Assembly: GCA_019912745.1 (NCBI GenBank)
Contig: JAIOIA010000159.1
Location: forward strand, 1-53,912
Direction: 5' to 3'
From: Comamonas sp.
GTDB taxonomy: Bacteria > Pseudomonadota > Gammaproteobacteria > Burkholderiales > Burkholderiaceae_C
DNA: 53,912 bases
Part shown: piece by piece, positions 49,141-53,912 of the stretch
How the letters are laid out: the number at the start of each line of letters is the position of its first letter
Numbering within the stretch: position 1 is the stretch's first letter
Notes under the pieces: model-generated
Seen by the model: the letters and a program-made list of their open reading frames with translations, nothing else
Databases searched by the model: none
What the model was told of the DNA's origin: nothing
Made by a program: the position numbers and the translations under genes

Positions 49141-49321
49141 GGGGTCAGATAACAATTAAATCCACCAGATTTACTAGCCAATTAAATAAGGGTCAGAACA
49201 ATTTGAAATGAACAAGGTCTCATCAGCGTTCAGAGGGGTCTGTCGCCGCGGTCTGAACCGGGTTCCCCGCCTGTCGGCAACGGAAATACCCGCTGTTTAT
49301 TAAATAGGGGTCAGACCAAAT
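49141..49321. repeat. AT-rich cluster of GGGTCAGA direct repeats between the Y1 transposase-like gene and gltB
   Basis: GGGGTCAGA 49141, AGGGTCAGA 49189, GGGGTCAGA 49307, degenerate GGGGTCTGT 49235; the 49189 and 49307 copies extend to ATTAAATARGGGTCAGAMCAA. Confidence 0.8.
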
Positions 49322-49979
49322 GTTGGTTGCGTGGCGGACGCCCCGGGGCGCGTGGGGCGGCCGGACGGCCGTGCGCGCCAGCGGCGCTGACGAACCCGGG
49401 CGAGCCGAAAGCCCAGCCCCCGCGGGCCGCACGGCGCAGGCGTGCCGCCTGGGCTTCGGCAATCCCGCCCGTCAGACGATCGCGCCATGCCGCTTCACGT
49501 GCAAAGGGCGTGTTGCCGAGGCTCCAGTAGGCCGGCGGGTCCGTGATCAGCGGATCGCGGCGGTGGCCGAGGTGGTGCGCGGCGCTGGTGGCTTCGGCCG
49601 TGTTGCCGCTTTGCTCCACCCAGCTCATCGCGGTCAGCAGGGGCTCGCCCGGCTCGACCGCAGCGGCGCTGAACCGTCCGTTCCACAGTGTTCCACTGCG
49701 GCCATGGCGATGGTTGAAGGCGACGACATAGCGGCGGCCGATGGTCTGCATCAGACGGGCCAGTGATTGCGGTGCGGCCGGCGTGGCCAGCAGCTGGATT
49801 TCATGGGTGCGCAGCGCGTAGGCATGCAGCTGCACGCGTTCATCCGCCAGGCCCATGCGCAGCACTTCGATCAGGCGGGCGAGGTCTTGCTCATCCATGA
49901 AGATGGCCTGCTGGTCCAGTGCGCGCTGGATCAGCAGGTGCGGCTGGCCGGCAAGGACGAGGCGGGGCAGGCGGGCCAT
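49311..49979 (-). CDS. Y1/HUH (IS200/RAYT-like) transposase homologue, apparently catalytically inactive
   Basis: MARLPR...PHLLIQR, LHAYAL, LMQTIGRRYV..FNHRHGRSGTLWNGRF match the family; the HxH position reads EIQ and the catalytic Tyr position reads W. Confidence 0.8.
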   Translation of the reverse strand: MARLPRLVLAGQPHLLIQRALDQQAIFMDEQDLARLIEVLRMGLADERVQLHAYALRTHEIQLLATPAAPQSLARLMQTIGRRYVVAFNHRHGRSGTLWNGRFSAAAVEPGEPLLTAMSWVEQSGNTAEATSAAHHLGHRRDPLITDPPAYWSLGNTPFAREAAWRDRLTGGIAEAQAARLRRAARGGWAFGSPGFVSAAGAHGRPAAPRAPGRPPRNQHLV

Positions 49980-50079
49980 GGCGCGTGGTCACGAATGCGG
50001 CCTGCCCGCCGTTTGCATGCCCTCCAGGGCGGCATGGCGGGGCCAACTGAGCGGGAACGACGAGGGCGGTAGCGCGAAC

Positions 50080-51504
50080 TCAGTCATCGAGCCCCAGCTC
50101 CTGGATCTTTCGCGTGAGGGTATTGCGGCCCATGCCCAGCCTGTGCGCTGCTTCGGCGCGATGTCCGTCGGTAAGCGCCAGCGCAGTTCGCAGCAGCTGG
50201 GTCTCGAACAGGTTGCCGAGCGTGCGCCAGAGATCACTCTCGCCGGCCTGCAGGCGCAGGCGCACTTCCTCGGCCAGCGGTTCAAGCCAATGCGCGGTCG
50301 TGGCGCTGTCGATTTGCGCGCTGCCCTCGGACGCAGGGTGCCCAAGCGCGGGCGCGACGACGTCCGGGGGCAGGTCGCCGAGCTCGATCGTTTGCGCCGG
50401 AGCCATCACGGTGAGCCAGCGGCACAGATTTTCGAGCTGGCGCACGTTGCCCGGAAAGTCGAACGCACTCAGCCGTGCGAGTGCCGCCTCGCTGATGTGC
50501 TTGGTTTCCACGCCCAGCTCGCGCGCGCTGCGGGCGAGGAAGTAGGACGTGAGCATGGGGATGTCCTCGCGGCGCTCTCGCAGCGGCGGCAGACGCAGGC
50601 GGATGACGTTCAGACGGTGATACAGGTCCTCGCGAAAGTGCCCTTCGCGCACGCGTTGCTCCAGGTTCTGGTGCGTGGCCGTGATCACGCGCGCGTCGGC
50701 CTTGAGCGGTTCCTGGCCGCCCACGCGGTAGAAGTGCCCGTCACTGAGCACGCGCAGCAGCCGCGTCTGCAGCTCCAGCGGCATGTCGCCGATTTCATCG
50801 AGAAACAGCGTGCCGCCCGCCGCCTGCTCGAAGCGCCCGCGCCGGGTGGCCTGCGCGCCGGTGAAGGCGCCGCGCTCATGACCGAACAGCTCGCTCTCGA
50901 GAAGCTCGCGCGGCACGGCGGCGGTGTTGATGGCGATGAATGGCCCGCTTGCGCGCGGGCTGTGGCGGTGCAAGGCGTGGGCGACCAGCTCCTTGCCGCT
51001 GCCGCTCTCGCCCGTGATGAGCACCGTGGTGTGGCTCAGGCTCAGTCGGCCGATGGCGCGAAACACGTCCTGCATGGCCGGGGCCTGACCCAGCATCTGC
51101 GGGATGTCCGGCGAGCCTGGGGGCGGCGTGGCGGCGCGCAGGCTTTCGTCGGCGGCGCGGCGGATCAGATCCAGCGCCCGCGAGATGTCGAAGGGCTTGG
51201 GCAGGTACTCGAAGGCACCACCCTGCAGCGCGCCGACGGCGCTGTCCAGGTCGGTATAGGCCGTCATCACGATGACGGGCAGCAGCGGCAGGCGCCGCTT
51301 GACCTCGGCCAGCAGGGCCAGGCCATTGCCGCCAGGCATGCGAATGTCGCTCACCAGCACCTGCGGCGTCTCGCCCGCTTGCAGCGCGGCCAGCACCTCG
51401 TCCGGGCCGGTGAACGCGCGCACCGGCAGGTCGCTGCGTTCGAGCGCGCGCTCGAGCACGAAGCGGATGGACTGATCGTCGTCGACGATCCAGATCGGGT
51501 GCAT
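50080..51504 (-). CDS. glnG: nitrogen regulation response regulator NtrC (NR I)
   Basis: [38 protein letters not shown]-terminal [15 protein letters not shown]; alternative start 51519. Confidence 0.95.
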   Translation of the reverse strand: MHPIWIVDDDQSIRFVLERALERSDLPVRAFTGPDEVLAALQAGETPQVLVSDIRMPGGNGLALLAEVKRRLPLLPVIVMTAYTDLDSAVGALQGGAFEYLPKPFDISRALDLIRRAADESLRAATPPPGSPDIPQMLGQAPAMQDVFRAIGRLSLSHTTVLITGESGSGKELVAHALHRHSPRASGPFIAINTAAVPRELLESELFGHERGAFTGAQATRRGRFEQAAGGTLFLDEIGDMPLELQTRLLRVLSDGHFYRVGGQEPLKADARVITATHQNLEQRVREGHFREDLYHRLNVIRLRLPPLRERREDIPMLTSYFLARSARELGVETKHISEAALARLSAFDFPGNVRQLENLCRWLTVMAPAQTIELGDLPPDVVAPALGHPASEGSAQIDSATTAHWLEPLAEEVRLRLQAGESDLWRTLGNLFETQLLRTALALTDGHRAEAAHRLGMGRNTLTRKIQELGLDD

Positions 51505-51528
51505 GGCAGTTCGCGGCATGTGTGGTGC

Positions 51529-52620
51529 TCAGCGTGAGTCTGCCAGAGGCAGCAGCAGCGTGAAACGGGTCTGGCCCGGCACGCTGTCGCATTCGATGAT
51601 GCCGCCGTGCTGCTGCACGTAGGTCTGCGCCAGCGTCAGTCCCAGCCCGCTGCCGCCCGCCCGTCCGGAAACCAGCGGCTGGAAGATGCGCTCGCGAAGC
51701 GCCTGCGGCACGCCCGGACCGTTGTCCTCGACGTCGATCTGGATTGCCAGCCGGTGGCGCCTGCCCCCAAGCGTGGCCTGGCGCGCGATGCGCGTGCGCA
51801 GCACGATGCGGGCATCCCCCTGGGCGATGCGCTGACTCAGCGCTTGTGCGGCGTTGCGCACGATGTTGAGCAGTGCCTGGATCAGGCGCTCCCGGTCTCC
51901 GATCAGGTCCGGCAGCGACGCATCGTAGTCGCGCTGGATCTGAAGCCCACGCGCGAATTCGGCGAGCACCAGCATGCGCACACGCTCGCAGACTTCGTGG
52001 ATGTTCAGCCGCGCCCGGGCGGGGGCGCCCTGATGCGGAGCGAGCAGGCGGTCGACCAGCGTTTGCAGCCGGTCCACTTCGTGAATGACGACGTCGGTGT
52101 ACTCGCTGACTTCACGCGATGCGGCGTCCAGCGCCAGCAACTGCGCGGCGCCGCGAATGCCCCCCAGCGGGTTCTTGATCTCGTGGGCCAGGTTGCGCAG
52201 CAATTGCTTGTGCGCCTCGATCAGGTCGTTGGCGTGTTCCTCGCGTTCGAGCCTGGCCTGCTGCTCGGTTTCCGTCATCTCCACGAGCACAACCGGCAAA
52301 GGGCCATCGGATGGCGCCGGACTCACGCACACGTGGACCGGCAGATCGGATGATCCTGGCGGGTGAAAGTGCAGACTCGCCTGCAGGCGGCTGCTCATCA
52401 CGGTCTGGTCGGCCACGCGTTGCAGCGCTTCGCGCATGGGGGCAGGCTCGGCAAACCACTCGAACGCGTTGCTCCCGGTGAGCTTGCGTCGGGATTGGTG
52501 CAAGGCGTTTTCGAGCGCGGTGTTGACCATCAGGCAGACGCCGTCCACGCGCACCAGCGCCACGAGCGTGGCCAGCCTGTCGTAGGCTTCCTGGGTCCTG
52601 TAGTCGAACGCGGCGGTCAT
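51529..52620 (-). CDS. glnL: nitrogen regulation sensor histidine kinase NtrB (NR II)
   Basis: PAS-like N-terminus, LAHEIKNPLGGIRGAAQLL, RDYDASLP, DNGPG, GSGLGL. Confidence 0.94.
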   Translation of the reverse strand: MTAAFDYRTQEAYDRLATLVALVRVDGVCLMVNTALENALHQSRRKLTGSNAFEWFAEPAPMREALQRVADQTVMSSRLQASLHFHPPGSSDLPVHVCVSPAPSDGPLPVVLVEMTETEQQARLEREEHANDLIEAHKQLLRNLAHEIKNPLGGIRGAAQLLALDAASREVSEYTDVVIHEVDRLQTLVDRLLAPHQGAPARARLNIHEVCERVRMLVLAEFARGLQIQRDYDASLPDLIGDRERLIQALLNIVRNAAQALSQRIAQGDARIVLRTRIARQATLGGRRHRLAIQIDVEDNGPGVPQALRERIFQPLVSGRAGGSGLGLTLAQTYVQQHGGIIECDSVPGQTRFTLLLPLADSR

Positions 52621-52650
52621 GGCGGTGCGGCGCTTGCGGCCTGTGCTACC

Positions 52651-53487
52651 TCATGAGGCGAGCCAGACGCCGTCAAACACGAAACTTGCCGGACCGCTCT
52701 GGTAGACGTGGTTGTCGGCCTCGTCCCAATGGACGTGCAACTCGCCGCCCAGCAACTTGACGCGCACGCTGCGCTCGGTCCGTGCGTTCAGCACGGTCGC
52801 CACGACGACGGCCGCAGCGCCGGTGCCGCAGGCCAGCGTTTCGCCGCTGCCGCGCTCCCAGACGCGCATCTCAAGCTGCTCGCGTGAGTGCACACGCACG
52901 AACTCCACGTTCGTGCGCCGGGGAAACAGCGGGTGGCGTTCGATCTGCCGGCCGATGCCGTGAACGTCAAAGGTCGACGGGTCGTCCACGAAGATCACCG
53001 CGTGCGGATTGCCCATGCTCACGCAGCTCATGCGCCATGTCTGGCCACCGATGGCGATGGGTTGGTCGATCACGCGCTCGCCCGGCAGATCGACCGGTAT
53101 CGCTGCGGGCGCGAGCATCGGCTTGCCCATGTCCACGCGCACCTGCGTGACCTGGCCCGCGTCGATCCGCAGGTCCAGCGTCTTGATGCCGGCCTTCGTG
53201 GCGAGCGTGAGCGTGGTCTTTTGAGTCAGGCCGCGTTCGTAAACGTACTTGGCGATGCAGCGCACGGCATTGCCGCACATCTCGCCCTCGGAGCCGTCGG
53301 CGTTGAACATGCGCATGTCGAAGTCCGCCGTATCCGAGGCGCCGATGAGCACCAGCCCGTCGGCGCCGACGCCGAAATGCGGGCGCGACATCGCCACGGC
53401 CAGGGCCGGGGGATCGGCCACGAACTCATCCAGCGTGTTGACGTAGATGTAGTCGTTGCCGATGCCATGCATCTTGGTGAATTTCAT
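52651..53487 (-). CDS. dapF: diaminopimelate epimerase
   Basis: FTKMHGIGND, NADGSEGEMCGN, SMGNPH, RVWERGSGETLACGTG; both catalytic Cys present. Confidence 0.95.
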   Translation of the reverse strand: MKFTKMHGIGNDYIYVNTLDEFVADPPALAVAMSRPHFGVGADGLVLIGASDTADFDMRMFNADGSEGEMCGNAVRCIAKYVYERGLTQKTTLTLATKAGIKTLDLRIDAGQVTQVRVDMGKPMLAPAAIPVDLPGERVIDQPIAIGGQTWRMSCVSMGNPHAVIFVDDPSTFDVHGIGRQIERHPLFPRRTNVEFVRVHSREQLEMRVWERGSGETLACGTGAAAVVVATVLNARTERSVRVKLLGGELHVHWDEADNHVYQSGPASFVFDGVWLAS

Positions 53488-53501
53488 GGCGCCCTTGGGG
53501 T

Positions 53502-53912
53502 TTACATGCTGTAGTACATGTCGAATTCGATGGGATGGGTTGTCAGGCGCAGGCGCGTGACTTCGGCCATCTTCAGTTCCAAGTAGGCGTCGATCATCGC
53601 GTCCGAGAACACGCCGCCGCGGGTCAGGAAGCCGCGGTCCTTGTCAAGGTAGCCGAGCGCCTGGTCGAGGCTGTGGCACACGGTAGGCACCTTGGCATCT
53701 TCTTCCGGCGGCAGGTGGTAGAGGTCCTTGTCCATGGCTTCGCCGGGATGGATGCGGTTTTCCACACCATCGAGCCCGGCCATGAGCAGCGCGGCAAACG
53801 CCAGGTAGGGGTTGGCCAGCGGGTCCGGAAAGCGCACCTCGACGCGCCGCGCGACTGGATTGGCCACGTAGGGAATGCGGATCGAGGCCGAGCGGTTGCG
53901 CGCGCTGTAGGC
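53502..53912 (-). CDS. glnA: type I glutamine synthetase, C-terminal part (5' end outside the window)
   Basis: [32 protein letters not shown], adenylylation-site Tyr in [21 protein letters not shown]. Confidence 0.96.
   Translation of the reverse strand, partial: AYSARNRSASIRIPYVANPVARRVEVRFPDPLANPYLAFAALLMAGLDGVENRIHPGEAMDKDLYHLPPEEDAKVPTVCHSLDQALGYLDKDRGFLTRGGVFSDAMIDAYLELKMAEVTRLRLTTHPIEFDMYYSM

Noticed and set aside
49141-49321. CRISPR array or iteron origin
   Set aside because: The repeats are short, degenerate and unevenly spaced, with no cas or rep gene nearby.

Overview
GC-rich betaproteobacterial chromosome segment, most likely Burkholderiales/Comamonadaceae judging by gene order and protein style. 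Most of it is housekeeping: a partial DUF3772/MscS gene, ugpBAECQ, serA, the ubiE-Tim44-ubiJ-ubiB cluster, aspS, two pirins, ppsR/ppsA, two sodium:solute symporters, aceA, psd, infA, tRNA-Pro(TGG), selO-msrB-yciB-bolA-PPIase, and an acyl-CoA ligase with a LIV-type ABC transporter. The unusual parts are: (1) a single minus-strand nitrogen-assimilation cluster glnA-dapF-glnL-glnG-[Y1/RAYT-like gene]-gltB-gltD, in which the transposase-like protein appears to have lost its HUH motif and catalytic Tyr and is followed by AT-rich GGGTCAGA repeats upstream of gltB, the DapF looks non-proteobacterial, and GltB lacks one [3Fe-4S] Cys ligand; (2) an internally deleted group IIC intron directly behind the aceA terminator; (3) a solitary Mrr type IV restriction gene after aspS; (4) a dispersed ~50-bp repeat family with one copy translated as the GltB C-terminus. 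All family assignments come from motif recognition and remembered consensus sequences. No database search was run.
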